In this document: positions 37,982 to 51,126 of the stretch, piece after piece | How the letters are laid out: each line of letters starts with the position of its first letter | Position numbering within the stretch: position 1 is the stretch's first letter | From: Octopus sinensis | Taxonomy: Eukaryota | Reading direction: 5' to 3' | NCBI RefSeq assembly: GCF_006345805.1 | Contig: NC_043005.1 | Span: forward strand, 62,558,001 to 62,622,000 | Length of the DNA: 64,000 nucleotides | Made by a program: the position numbers and the translations under genes | The notes under the pieces: generated by a model | Database searches by the model: none | What the model saw: the letters and a program-made list of their open reading frames with translations, nothing else | Told to the model about the DNA's origin: nothing

Positions 37982-39540
37982 ATATATATACATTGATGGA
38001 CTGTATGCTCAATGTTCCTGGGTGTAATGTTCACTTGGTTGTTGATACATTGATCTGCGTGGGTGAATATATGGAAGTGTGTATATAGTTCCTTGTATAC
38101 TTGTCCTTGAAAAAGTTAGGTATACAGGAACCTTATTCCTGTATATTGATTATTATAGAAATAGGTCGTTAGGTAGAAATTTTTTGTGGATATAATTGCT
38201 GATTGTTGTAGAAATTTTTGATAATTTTAGTTGAGCTTGTTGATAGAAAATTTATAGTGTTTGTTTTAGAAGAACGATTGTTGATATTTGGCAGCAGAAA
38301 TGTTTGAAAGATTGTCATGTTTAAGTGTTGGAGAAATTTATAGATTTGAAATGCGTTAGCTTGTTGAAGATTATACATTTTCAGGAAGAATCTAAATCAG
38401 TGCTACAGTTTTGTAAGAAAAGAGAGTTGGCAAAGTTTGTTGTCTGCTTGGTATTGTTGTGCATGACATAGCATTTTGCAGCTGATGCTAACTGACATAT
38501 TTTTAAACTTTTGTGTCCCATATACATTGAGACAGTGAAGTGTAATTTTTTTTTTTTTGTTTGGGTTGCAGAAGTATATGTCTGTTGGTGATATTGTGCT
38601 TGGAACTGGCACAGTTGACTCTATGTATGGCTATGGTTGAGGTTGCAGTATTTGTGCTTACAATTGTGCTATAGATAATGTTATTGGTGAGGCAATTTTC
38701 ATTTAGAAAGCCAGCTTAACAGGTGTTATAGTTGCTATTATTGGTGTTAGGTGTATGATTTTGGCTTTCATATTTTGAAAGATTTTGTTGTATACAATTG
38801 GTTTTTCAGAGTTGTTAGTCAGTTGTGGAATCAGATATTTATCTATTAGTTTGTAGTACCCGAGGGATGAGATGGAAGTGTTTTTGAAATATTTTGAAAA
38901 ATATACTTGTTATTGGTGTCAAGAATGGCAGACTGAATGAAATAGTTTTCCTATGGAGTTGATATTATATTAAATATTTGCTCACTGGAAGGTAGAGAAA
39001 ACAATCTTAGTAATATGTTCTTGACTAAGTTTTTAATTACACTTTTGGAATGATTAAATTTTCTATATATATGCTGGATTTTTTCTATTCGTTTCTATAG
39101 GGTTTATAAATAGAAGATTCTAAATCTATGATGTTATTGTGCAATTGATTTAAAATGTATGGCTATTGTAAAGGAGAACCCTAAAATTTTAAAGAGGAGA
39201 TGTATATCTTTTCCAGATATGTTTCTTTTATTTATGGTTTGAAGTTTCTTTGGATGAGTAAACTGTTGTCTCTGCAGACACCACCTGAAACAAAGGGGAA
39301 TTTTATGCGTACAGCTAATAATATATATAAAGACTGATGATGTTGCTTACCTCTGCTGTGTCCTTTGATCTTATGGAAACAGAATAGTTCATTATTATTT
39401 TTTAACCTAGTATGCATTATTGTGAAATAGAAAGAGACTCCTTGCGTCATAGTATTACCTCTATGTCTTTATCATTGATTGTTGTTATTGTTTTGGCAAA
39501 GTTCAAAGTAGCCATAAGTATTGGTTTTTATTGTGTAGAG

Positions 39541-39640
39541 CAGGGATCACCAAACATTTTCGACCATTGACCCCCTTTAGCCACTTCTCCTTCTGCATCG
39601 ACCTGCTTTAGCCACTTTTCCTTCTGCACCCTACCATACC
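39541..39640 (+). mobile_element. hAT/Charlie-like MITE end inserted in the Penelope element
   Basis: Begins cagggatcaccaaacattttcgacc..gacccc; contains a duplicated tttagccactt.tccttctgca. Confidence 0.4.
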
Positions 39641-40053
39641 ATATCTTAAATGTGTACCAGGTACTGATGCTGGCAATTAAAATGTTAGCTAAAATATACA
39701 TGTATGACAAATTAAGAAATTCCATTGAAGATGACACACTTTTTACACTTAAAACTATGTGTACAAGTAAACAGTATTAAACTTTCAATTTTTATGAAAT
39801 TGTTTTCATGGTTAGAAAATGTAGAAAACACATCATGTTTTCCCGCATTTCATGGCACTAACTAAGTATTTCAAGCCATTCATCTGGGTGAGCTAGTCTT
39901 TCAAATGCTGACCCTCATTCGACCCTTTGGCTATCATTAACCCTCTGTGATACCAGCCCCCTTTGGTGTCCCCTGGTGTAGAGTAATAGTCATTGATGTA
40001 AAACTGTAAGAAATGGCACTTATATTTGATTCAGACTTTATTAAACCAATCAA

Positions 40054-40132
40054 TTACTGCATATGTGTTAGTTGAAAGGAGTGGGGTCAAGTGTTACTGC
40101 ATATGTGTTAGTCAAAAGGAGTGGGGGTCAAG
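40054..40132. repeat. 40-bp tandem duplication
   Basis: ttactgcatatgtgttagt..aaggagtggggtcaagt at 40054 and 40094. Confidence 0.9.
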
Positions 40133-41853
40133 TTTTATTGTTGGTATGAATGCGTTAATGATTTTCTTATTAATGATATTCACATCAGATTTAGAAGGAT
40201 TTATTAGTCTGTTATTGAGTTCATATGATAACTAGTTCATAATAATCCTTCATGGTGATATCTAGTTTATAATGATAGTTCATATGACATTTAGCTGTTA
40301 AGATAGCAACTCTATAGCCAATTTTTAGGTTGGTAGCAATTTTTTGTCTGTGGTGCATATATAATTTAAGGATGCATATCTTGTATGTTTTGTATGTGTT
40401 AGAAAAGAGTCAGTGGTAAGAAGTTTGATTTATTTGTAGAGATTCTTTGTCTTGTCTGATTCTCCAAACAAACTAGAGCTGGCTTTGAAATAGTTTTCTG
40501 TTTTATCACTTTCTGTAGCGTCTACATTTGCTTGTTGAATCATATTTTTTGATCATTGTGAATAGTTCATCTTTAAAATATTGTACTAATAGATTAGATG
40601 GAGAACTTTTGACAGTCTTTAATCTGTAGTGTTTGGTGGAATTTTCATCCTTTTTTGTAGTGGTAAATTTTCCATCTTAGTCACTTGATGTAATTTTCAA
40701 ATTTTGCAGTAGTAACTTCAGGAAATGTCTTTTGGTATTGGTATATTCCTAATGAAGAAGTGTATAGGATGTTGCTACATATTTCTTTATTTTCAGTTAG
40801 GAAATAGGAATGCACTCATGTTGGAATGGAGCAATTATATTAATGCTTGACTTTATATCAAATTATATATAAAATCAGTTTAACATTCAACTGAAAGATT
40901 ACTCAATATTTTTTAGTAGAGTACATACATATTAACTTTTACAAAGAAAAAGTTTCAGCTTGCTTGATCTCATCAGACTTTTGCTTTATTTGAGTTCTTT
41001 TTCACTTTATATTATATTTTGCAAATTGTTTTCAGGGTAGGTGGAGTGATGTCAGTAATAATTAGGTGCAAAGTAAACTAGAGAAGATGTGTAAAAAGAG
41101 CGGGTAGAGAAAGATTGGCAGATAGTATGTGCTTATAGAGTGTGGCTTGATAGAAATTAAGGTGGGAAGATATATTTTGGTTTGATGTAGAAATTTTGTT
41201 ATTGTTTAGGATCCACTCAGATGTAAACAGTAGAGTCAATTCTTTGTACAGAAAATTGGTTTTTACAGTGTTTTAGGTTTCACAAAAGAATGCTTGTAGA
41301 TAAAACAGTTGGTCACACAGCATAGGTCAGACTGAGGTTGAATTAATGTTGGTGTTATTAGATTACTATTAAGAAATTTTAAACAGGGGTATTTTGGGAA
41401 ATTTAAGATTGAAGAGATTATGTTTTTCTAAGTAATTATAAGAATTTCTAGTCTGTTTCAAACTAGGCTATTTCTATTTACATTACTGTATCAACTTTTT
41501 ATCAAATCACAAACTACAAACACATACCACCTACTTATCTTCCTCTATCCCCACTTTTTAAAGAGCTGATTCACTGGTTTGCATACTCCACATCTAATTA
41601 TCATTTATACAGATTTACTTCCTCTCCAAATAAATACTCATTGCCAAAGACTATATAAAGCCAAAAAGAACCAAATAGAACTCAGTCTGATGAAGATGAC
41701 CAAGCTAGAATTTCAAAATCTGTCAAGTTTTTCCTTGTAAAAGTAAGTAAATAAATATATATCCACACATACATAAATATATATATATACAAATATGTAT
41801 ATATCCATATATATTATATATACAAATATATTATACATACACACACATATATA

Positions 41854-42760
41854 CAGAGTGCAGTGAATAACTTGTCGTCTTAATTACGCAAAAATGAAAA
41901 TAACACTGATATCTCATTTTAACAGATGTATTTACCAAAATTACACAAAGATATCTTGAAATACTAAAGAGTAAATTTATTCAATAAAATTGCCACTGGC
42001 TTCAACCATGACCTCCAGACGACTCCAGAATTTCCTGCAACTCTTCTGGAGAGTCTCCTTGTTTAAGTTGGTGAATGCTGCCATAATCCTTGCCTTCAGT
42101 TCATCTTAGGTGTTACGAGGTGTTTTGTTGGTCTCTCACTCAACTGCACCCCACACATAATAATTGACAAGGTTGCAGTCTGGGGAGTTAGGTGACTAGA
42201 TGTTAGGGATGATGTGGTCACACAAATTGTCTGACAGCCATGACTGGGTTCTCCTACTTGTGTGGCATGGTGCAGAGTTCTGTTGCCAGACATAAGGTCT
42301 CCCAGCAGTGACCCTCTTGACCCTGGGCAACACTACCTCCTCCAGGCACTTGATGAGGGCCTCAGTGTCGAGTCTGAGGTGAGAAGATGAATTGAGGCAT
42401 AATGTCACCATCACTAGTTATCACTCCAAACATCATGATGTTGACTGGACATTTGATTTTTATCATTCTTGGTACATGTTTTGAGGGACACAGCAAGACA
42501 ACGGTTGCTTTGTGTGTTCACCATCTGATCCTGGAAGAAATTTTTCTTGTCTGAGAAAAAAAACCAAAGCATGTTCGGTTGGAACGGTTGTTTGAGTTTG
42601 TTCAAAAGCTTCATAGTGTGGTCTTTCCTCTTGTCCATAATAGCTTGGGATAAAAATTGTCTCTTTCTCACCTTGCATAAGAAATACTGAATGTCTTCAT
42701 GCACTACCTGCCAGCTAAGAAAGTCAGACAGTCCCTAGTCCCTGGCAATGGACCTGATTG
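41854..42760 (-). mobile_element. Tc1/mariner DD37D (maT-like) transposon, 5'-truncated
   Basis: FFSDKKNF.QDQMVN (first D), QQNSAPCH..SPDCN (37 residues between the second and third acidic positions when aligned to copy 1). 3' end TA|cagagtgcagtg resembles the 22482 TIR. Confidence 0.88.
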
Positions 42761-42989
42761 ACTTATATATGTATATATATATATAAATGAAATTGGATAC
42801 ATTTACTATTTTGTATTACACATACCTGAAATGCTTCCAAAATATCACTATCTGTTTTGACTTCATTATTACAACTTTATATATATACATAGGTGTGCAT
42901 GCATGCGTGTATATACATATATATACACATATAAGAAGATTCATATACAAACATGTGGATATATATATATGGATATATATGGATATATA

Positions 42990-43160
42990 CAGGTCTGATA
43001 GTTTTGTGAGCTGCATGGCAATCTCCCTAGTACTAGTGAGTATAAAGATGTTGGCATCAGGAAAGGCATGAAGTTGTAAAAAACCATGCCTGAGTAGAGG
43101 TTGAATCACAATGTGGTCCTTTCAATCTATCCAACCCATGCCAGCATGAAATATGAAGAT
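42990..43160 (+). mobile_element. RTE-type 3' tail element
   Basis: gttggcatcaggaaaggcatgaagttgtaaaaaacc..tccaacccatgccagcatg. Confidence 0.7.
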
Positions 43161-43189
43161 GTATGCATGAATACACACACACACACACA

Positions 43190-43222
<33 letters not shown>

Positions 43223-44989
43223 TGGTATGCTCATGTGTGTGTTTGTGTAAAGGTAATTTTTCAAATTTTATTCACTGTCTGTTTAGTTGAGGAAATAATA
43301 TTTAAATTTATTCCTTCTGTAATGTTGCAGTTAGCATCTTTAAAATCCAACTAGCCTAAGACAGGTGTTTATTCACTTGTTATATTAGTAGTTGGAAATT
43401 TAGCTTATATTCTAATTTTATCAGTCTCTGTTGGTAAAGTGATAGAGTTTATTACAAGAAGACTATGTATCATAATAAGAATATTTAGTAACTAAATTAA
43501 CCTTTGACCAACTTATTGCATATAATCAATTGAATGTCAGATGTATACTTCAGAGAGAAAGCAGTGCGTGATTTATTTGCTTTGTTTCCAAAAGTGATGT
43601 TTGTCGTAAACAGCAATTGTCAAGATTGTTGATATTAATCATTTAAGAAACACACAGAAACAGATAATGCTTTTATTGAGAATAATTTTTTCTTAAATAT
43701 TTTCTAATGAACTCAATTTATTTTAAATATGAATTAGAGTATTTTATGAGATTTCTTAAGCAAATATTTAACTTTGATAAACTTTAATTAGCACTATTTA
43801 AATATTACACACATATCAATTTCATAAAATATGCAAAAAAGAAGTAGAAACTCTTCCTGTAAATAAGCTTCCAGAACACATTGTACAACGTGCTATTAAA
43901 TTATAAACTCTTTCTTCTGAAACAACATTCACAAATTAATTCCATCTTGAAAAACAAGTGAAAATGATGCTGACTGCAATCTACTTCAAACTTGTACATT
44001 CCAAAATAATATGAAGACAAATTTTAATTATTGACTGCTTATTTCATATATGCACTCCCTTCCTTATTAAGAAATTAATTCTTAATATTTTAATGTCATA
44101 TTTACACAAGTTATTGATCTGGTGCAATGTCCAACTAACCTATATTTACAGCAGAATCAAAATTATAGCGCTATGGCAGGATAAATACACATGGACCCAA
44201 CTTATAAGATGAGGCATTTTACAATACTATTAGTTATAATTTCATCAACAAGTTTTCCAGTTGTTTGTCTCAGCCAACATTACATACATGCATACAGAAG
44301 ATAGATAGACCGACAGACCAACAGACAGAAAAAAAGCAAGATAAATAGGTTGGTAGGTAGGTACGTAGACAAACACACAGACAGATAGAACTAAACTTGG
44401 AAATAAATGAGTACCAAATAATCAAGTAAATCATGTTAGTAGACAAAATTAATATGCATGATTTTTCTTACAATGCTTACTGAAACAAAAACTTATTTTG
44501 TAATTTGTATAAATATTTTCAAATAAACTTTTTCCTGTAATATTTGCAAAAAAGTTTAGCTATCCCCCCAAACATTTTTCTTGTTCCCATGAATTTTCTC
44601 ACAACACTTAAATAGAAACACTCTTTCACACAAACTATAACACATTTAGGCAATTACACAAATTTATAGAGGCTGTATTTTACAATGATGTGTCAACAAG
44701 ATTAAACAAAAATTCTACATTTTTTGTATAAATAATTCAACTCCCTTTTAAAGGAAACACCCTCAAATTTGCAGCATAAACATATTTACATAAAAGCATG
44801 AGATGAATAATAAATGAGATAACCAAATCAAATCACAAGGCATTTTCACACTTATTAATGCTGAATTTTCAAGCATCAAATTAAGAAATAATATTGAGAA
44901 CTTAAACAGGAACACTAAGAAAACTTCTTTATTTACCGAGAATTGAATTTTGCTTAAAGATAATCATATGTATGAAAGTATGTACAAAT

Positions 44990-45795
44990 GCATGAATATA
45001 TTTCTATTTACACACGTATATATATGATGCATATACATATATGACTCTGTGAGTGTATATATACATATACGCACATATACATATATATTTATTTATATAT
45101 ATGTATATATATAAAAATATATATACAACTAAATATGTATATCTATAAAAATAAATATATATATGTAAATATATATATATTTATATATGTATATATATAA
45201 TTAAATATATATACATATATAAATAAAATACATATATATATAAATGTATATATAAATTTATATGTATATATATAATTATATATAATTAAATATATATATA
45301 TATAAATAAAAATACTTATTGTAAATATTATATATATATATATATATAAAAAATACAACTAAATATAGAAATAAATATATGATGAAGGCTGGAGGGTATA
45401 TCAGCAGAAACGTTGCGTGTTAACAACGAACAAGATGAGGACAAATCTCCGTCCATGTAAATAATATAAACCTTATATATATATATATATATATTATATT
45501 ATATGTATATATATTTCGAAATGCAGAGTAGGTGAAACAGGGACAACTGAAGAAGGGGGATATTCCTTGTATTGTATGTCTTCTTGTACTCTGTTTTTTT
45601 GTTGTTTGAAGAAAAGTTTGTTTCCATGTTTTTGTTTTTATGTTTTCGTTTCTCATTGTGTTCAACGTTTTTTCATGTCCTGTACCCATATATGCATGTA
45701 TATATACATATAGATGTAGGTATGTACATATATGCATGTAAATATATGCATATATTTATATATCACTTATATTATTTTATATATATATATATTAT

Positions 45796-45851
<56 letters not shown>

Positions 45852-46110
45852 TATATGTAAATATATATATATTTATATTGTATATACATATATTTATATA
45901 TATATATATACACTTTGATACTTGATAGTTTTCGGCCATTATTGGCCCAGGCCATGTCTAACTTAATAGCACCACCTGGTGCTATATATGTATTATATTA
46001 TATATGTATATATATTTATATTTATATATGTATATATATATTATATTTATATATGTATATACATATATATGTATATATATATAATATATATATTTATATA
46101 TGTATATACA

Positions 46111-46151
<41 letters not shown>

Positions 46152-46390
46152 GACTAAATATATATATATATATATATAAATAGATGAGTGTATTTTTATT
46201 CATATATATATATAATATCTATATATATGTATATATATATATATAACTAAATACATATATAAATAAATATATATATATAATATCTACATATATATAACTA
46301 TATATAAATATAGATATATGAATATATATATATATATCGTAAAGATATATATATACAAATATGTAACTATATATATATATATACACTCAC
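44990..46390. repeat. Extended TA-rich microsatellite region with embedded short repeat fragments
   Basis: Visible directly; interrupted at about 45380-45460, 45515-45690 and 45915-45985. Confidence 0.9.
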
Positions 46391-46469
46391 ATATGTAAAT
46401 ATATATTATCAAATCTGTTTTTTCTTCCGTCTTTTGTTTCGTTATATTTGCTGCTTTCTTCTGCTTTAT

Positions 46470-46508
<39 letters not shown>

Positions 46509-46929
46509 TACATAAAGATATATATTTTTTTTTTCTCGAAAAAATCAACCCCAGCTCTTTTGCAAAGTGTGTTTCTAACTCTATTGGTTTCTTTGCTGAA
46601 ATGCTAAGTAGCAGAGATGTAAACAACCAAACACCAGTTGCCAAGCAGTACTGGGAAATAAACACACAGACATTCATAAATAGTTTTATATATGTACACA
46701 CACATATCTCATGCATGTATGTATAAAGTGTATGTGAAAAATATTCTACTCAAATGAAGAGATATACAAAAAAATAAAAAGAAAATGTATTTTTCTGTTT
46801 ATGTTGCAGTGAATCAACCCCAAAGAATATTATTGCAATTAAATATTTTCAAAATATCTTATTAAACTCTTTGGCATTCATAATTATAAAAATACATCAA
46901 AATAAATAATTTCAAACCGACTTAAAATC

Positions 46930-48413
46930 TTACAGAAAATATTTTCACAATGAACATGTATAAAGTTTTGCAAATAGCCTTTATTAAATATATACTCCTT
47001 TAATGGATGTAGCCACATCATAGACTCACAAAGTAACAAGGGAAGAAATATGGTATGTGTTATTAAATCCAAATTCACCATTGTAAATGTTTGTATGTTT
47101 AATCATGTAAGGGAAAATATATGATATGAATACTAGAAAATGAATTAGGAGTAGGTGTCAGCATTTGATTAATGATTTAAGCTTGTTTATATTTTGCTAT
47201 GAAATATGCTTCTTTATTAATTCGTTGTTGTTCTGTCATATTTTCTGCATATTGAAATAGTGGAAAAAGTTTAAAATTTGGTTGCTGAGTTCTTGTACAT
47301 CTATCTAAACACTCACTGAATTTAACTGTTCTACTGTCTGGGTTATTTGCTACCTATGAACCATCATGCCTTTTCTGCATGATCTGCTAGTTTGACCAAT
47401 GCAGTTTTTATCACACTTATGACAAAGTTTTCCAAAAGGATTGAGAAGTTGTGTCTTAATTGAAAAATTTGCCCATTTTTGAAATGGAACTTGCACCATA
47501 ATTTGATCTTCCACATTTTCTAACTGTTGGGATTTTTGTGATATTGGTAGGTAGTTGGGCACTTGTTAGCATTTTCAATGAATGTGGAGGCTGTTTTTTT
47601 TATTTTTAATTATTTTATGTTTTACTAAGATTCTCCTCAATCTAGGACCATGGTTTAACAAGAGTGAATTTTGCTTGATCAAACTAAAGGCCTGTTTTCT
47701 TCAGACTGTGAATTGAGATGTATGATAAAACATTTGTTCCTGTTTTGGTTTTCACGGTTCTAAGTTTTGCTTAAAAAATGGGCAAATTTTTTAAATGAAA
47801 AATAACTTTCATGCATTTTAAAAACTTAATTTATGTTATAAAATGCGAGTGTACTAAAAACTGTGTTAACCAAACTGGCATGTCACTGAGAAAATGCATG
47901 ACAACAAATACAAGATCTGAGCCCTAGAAAAATCTGACTCAGTGAGCATTTAGATAAATGTATAGGAATTCAGCAACCAAATTTTTTTCTCTATACCATT
48001 GTGCAGAAAATATGAAAGTACAACAAATAATAAATGAACCAAGATTATATCATTAAGCAAATACTGACCACTTTTCTAATTCTTTATCTAATATTCATAA
48101 AACATATTTCCCCCTTATATTTTTGAGTAATTAAAAGTACAAAAATTCACAATATAAATGAAGTTTAAATAATTAACCAAATATTGACACGATTTTCTAA
48201 TTTTTATATGATATATTTCCACATATTTTTGAATGAATAAAAGTACAAAAATCTACAGGGGTTAATTTAGATATGATAACATATACAATATTACTTCCTT
48301 TCTTATACTCTGTGAGTCCATGATGAGGATACGTCCAACACCGGTAGTATATATTAAATGAAAGCTTGTAACAAGCCATTACACTTGTATATTGCAATGA
48401 ATAGCTTCTGTAA
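46930..48413. repeat. Long imperfect inverted repeat (arms 46930-47480 and 47774-48413)
   Basis: Colinear reverse-complement anchors, including aaaaatttgcccattttt (47463) / aaaaatgggcaaattttt (47774), aaaatttggttgctga, tcatattttctgca, and catcatagactcacaaagta / tactctgtgagtccatgatg. Confidence 0.85.
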
Positions 48414-48529
48414 ATACATCAGTACATTAAATATATAACATAGCATTTAGTATACTGTACAAGTAAAAAATACAATATATATTTATATATCTTCTATTTC
48501 TTGGCTTGGCTTTGTGAACAAAGATTAAG

Positions 48530-49010
48530 AAGGTGTTGGTCCATGTTGACTGCAGGCATACTTGTGGCTAACAAGGACAATGTGGGACAAGTAGACATTG
48601 TTATAGTGCCTGAAGTTGAAGGTCTGATCAGAATTTGATAACATTGTGTGGCAGGTCTTCCTCCTGTAACTTTTGTCCTTGATAGTGGCCCTGCAGGTTT
48701 TTTTTCAAAGGAGCTGACAGCATTGTTGATGGTGAGATGTTAGGTGTCACAGTCTTCAGCTAGAGTAGACTACTGGTGACGGTTGATGCGACAGGTGCCA
48801 AAGAGATTTTTCAGATGGTCCTTGTATTGTTTCTTTTGTGCCCTTCTGCTTTTTAATTACAGTTTGGTAAACCCACCTCATCAGATATCCAGAGAAGAGT
48901 ATCGAAAATTGAAACAAATTCAAAATGGCTTCAAGTTGTTAGGCCTCCTCTTGTGCCTGATGCAGTTATAGGAGCAACAACTCATTTCCAACATCCTGTC
49001 TGAGCAAATG
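48530..49010 (-). mobile_element. RTE/BovB-like LINE 3' fragment
   Basis: Minus translation across frameshifts: KQYKDHL..RINRHQ.STLAED..TINNAVSSFE..DQTFN.RH.NNV.LSHIVLVSHKYAC (C-terminal zinc-finger-like end). Confidence 0.75.
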
Positions 49011-49164
49011 AAACTAAGAATAAAAAAAAAGAACTGATATCACTTCTTCAGTAATAACAACACCTTGAGTTTTGAGCTGAGCAATAGAGGCCTAACAACT
49101 AGAAGCCATCTTGGATTCGTCTCAAATTCTGATACTCTCAGCTAATCATATGATTATTTATGTA

Positions 49165-49372
49165 TTCTTTTCTACTCAAGGCCTGAAATTTTGGGGGAGT
49201 GGGGGACAGTCGATTATATCAACCCCAGTACATAACTGGTACTTAATTTATCAACCCCCAAAAGGATGAAAGGATGAAAAGTTGACCTCAGTAGAATTTG
49301 AACGTAAAGACAGATGAAATACTGCTAAGCATTTTGCCTGGCATGCTAACACTTCTGCCAGCTCGCTGCCTT
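49165..49372 (-). mobile_element. SINE family C
   Basis: Colinear with 10137-10350. Confidence 0.85.
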
Positions 49373-49727
49373 ATATGATCATATATATATTGCAAGTTTA
49401 TAGAAGTCCTTGTTGCCAACTATCAATATGTGTAGTAATATCGGATGACAGATAGGAAAAAATGTTTATACTTTCATTACATGGATTACATATATGATTA
49501 ACTAACTGAGGTTATTTGTGAAGAGATAAATATGTCATATAAAACCGTCTAGACTCCTCATGTAATACAATTCTAGTCATTCAAATTTGTAATGGTGTTC
49601 TGTTGCACATAGACTTACAACTTAACATACATTATATTAATATGAATAGTAAAACTAGTAAGAATGTATGTAAGTATATGCATGTGTGTGTGTATACATA
49701 TATAAATATATATATATATATCTATAT

Positions 49728-49763
<36 letters not shown>

Positions 49764-50236
49764 GTGTAAACCTATTTACACTACCTTGAATGTGGGTGTA
49801 TGAAAGGATGTGTAATCTGACTTATATTTTGTAATTAACTGGACATGGTTTTTTGTTTTTGTAATTGGACTATAATTTTGTTTTTCTGCCATTTTATCAG
49901 TAGGTTTTGGTTTCATCTGTAAATTGCCATAAATAGTATATGACAGTCTGATCTAACAAAGTACTTATTCAAAATACTCACCTGAAGAAACAAATTTTGC
50001 ACCTTTGATGAATGGTGATGATTATCATCTCACCAATGTACTACATGTGTGATGATGTATGAAAACAACTGTAGTGATATAGAATATCTTATTAATTTCT
50101 TTGTATAAACTCTACAGATACAATGGAATTTCACATATGACATTCAGTAGCCAATACCTGTGGATGAACTTTGCACAGCATACTACAAAGTTTTTACTCA
50201 AATTTTTATTCAACTACATGTAGAAAGATCAATATT

Positions 50237-50267
<31 letters not shown>

Positions 50268-50269
<2 letters not shown>

Positions 50270-50668
50270 TTTATCTTTTACTTGTTTCAGTCATTAGACT
50301 GTGGCCATATTGGAGCACCACATTGAAGAATTTTTTTTAGTCGAATGTGATGACCCCCAATACTTACTTTTTAAAGCTTGATACTTATTCTATTGGTCTC
50401 TTGTGTCAAACAGCAAAGTTACTAGACATAAACACACCAGCACTGGTTGTTATGTGGTGATGGGGGACATCAGAGATACAAAGACACACACACACACACA
50501 CACATGAGGGATTCTTTCGGTTTCTGTCTAACAAATCCACTCACAAGGCTTTGATCAGCCAGAGGCTATAGCAGAAGACATTTGCTTAAGGTGCCACACA
50601 GTGAGACTGAACCTAGAACAATTTGGTCAGGAAGCAAGATTCTTGCCATACAGCCACATCCGTGCCTA
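50268..50668 (-). mobile_element. SINE family A, full length
   Basis: Colinear with 57986-58392. Confidence 0.85.
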
Positions 50669-50671
50669 CTT

Positions 50672-50702
<31 letters not shown>

Positions 50703-50973
50703 ATGTGTGTATGTATAAATATATGTATGTATGTACGTGTGCATGTATATATTTGCTGAGATAGTTTCAATTTCTATTTTTAAAATCTACTCTCAAATTT
50801 TTAGTTGGCCTGGATACATAACAGAAAACTTTTACACAAATGTGTGTCAAGGTAATGCAAGTGATGTCACTCATTTTCAACATTTCCTGCAAAAAGTATG
50901 TTTGACCAAAGGAAAATATTACCTTGCCTGGAAACAGGTGAGGAATGGTGACAGGAAAAGCACAGAAAATCTT

Positions 50974-51014
<41 letters not shown>

Positions 51015-51126
51015 ACAAAACCAATGCCTGTCTGTATCTTATATATATATGGTACATATGTGATATATATATGATATATATATAGAGAGATGTGTATATA
51101 TATATATATACACACACACACACATA

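Larger units (their letters stand above)
37990..41350 (-). mobile_element. Heavily decayed, near-full-length Penelope-like element (RT plus GIY-YIG), interrupted at about 39480-40130
   Basis: Minus fragments in the expected order: ESDKTKNLYK; NRLINPSKSDVNII (40148-40213); SLYILL..GVCRDNS (decayed GLYRDDG); YKPYR (about 39095); NHSKSVIKNL; NCLTNNIIYST; QYQADNKLCQL. Confidence 0.75.

Noticed and set aside
38121-38145. 10-bp hairpin tatacaggaa-cctta-ttcctgtata
   Set aside because: Short, inside the Penelope 3' region, and not distinguishable from chance without the family consensus.
39232-39450. Apparent exon pair with a 66-nt intron (donor GAG|gtaagc at 39350, acceptor tttgtttcag at 39285)
   Set aside because: The sequence is the decayed Penelope RT core (LYIL..GVCRDNS corresponds to GLYIL..GLYRDDG), so the splice-like sites are probably coincidental.
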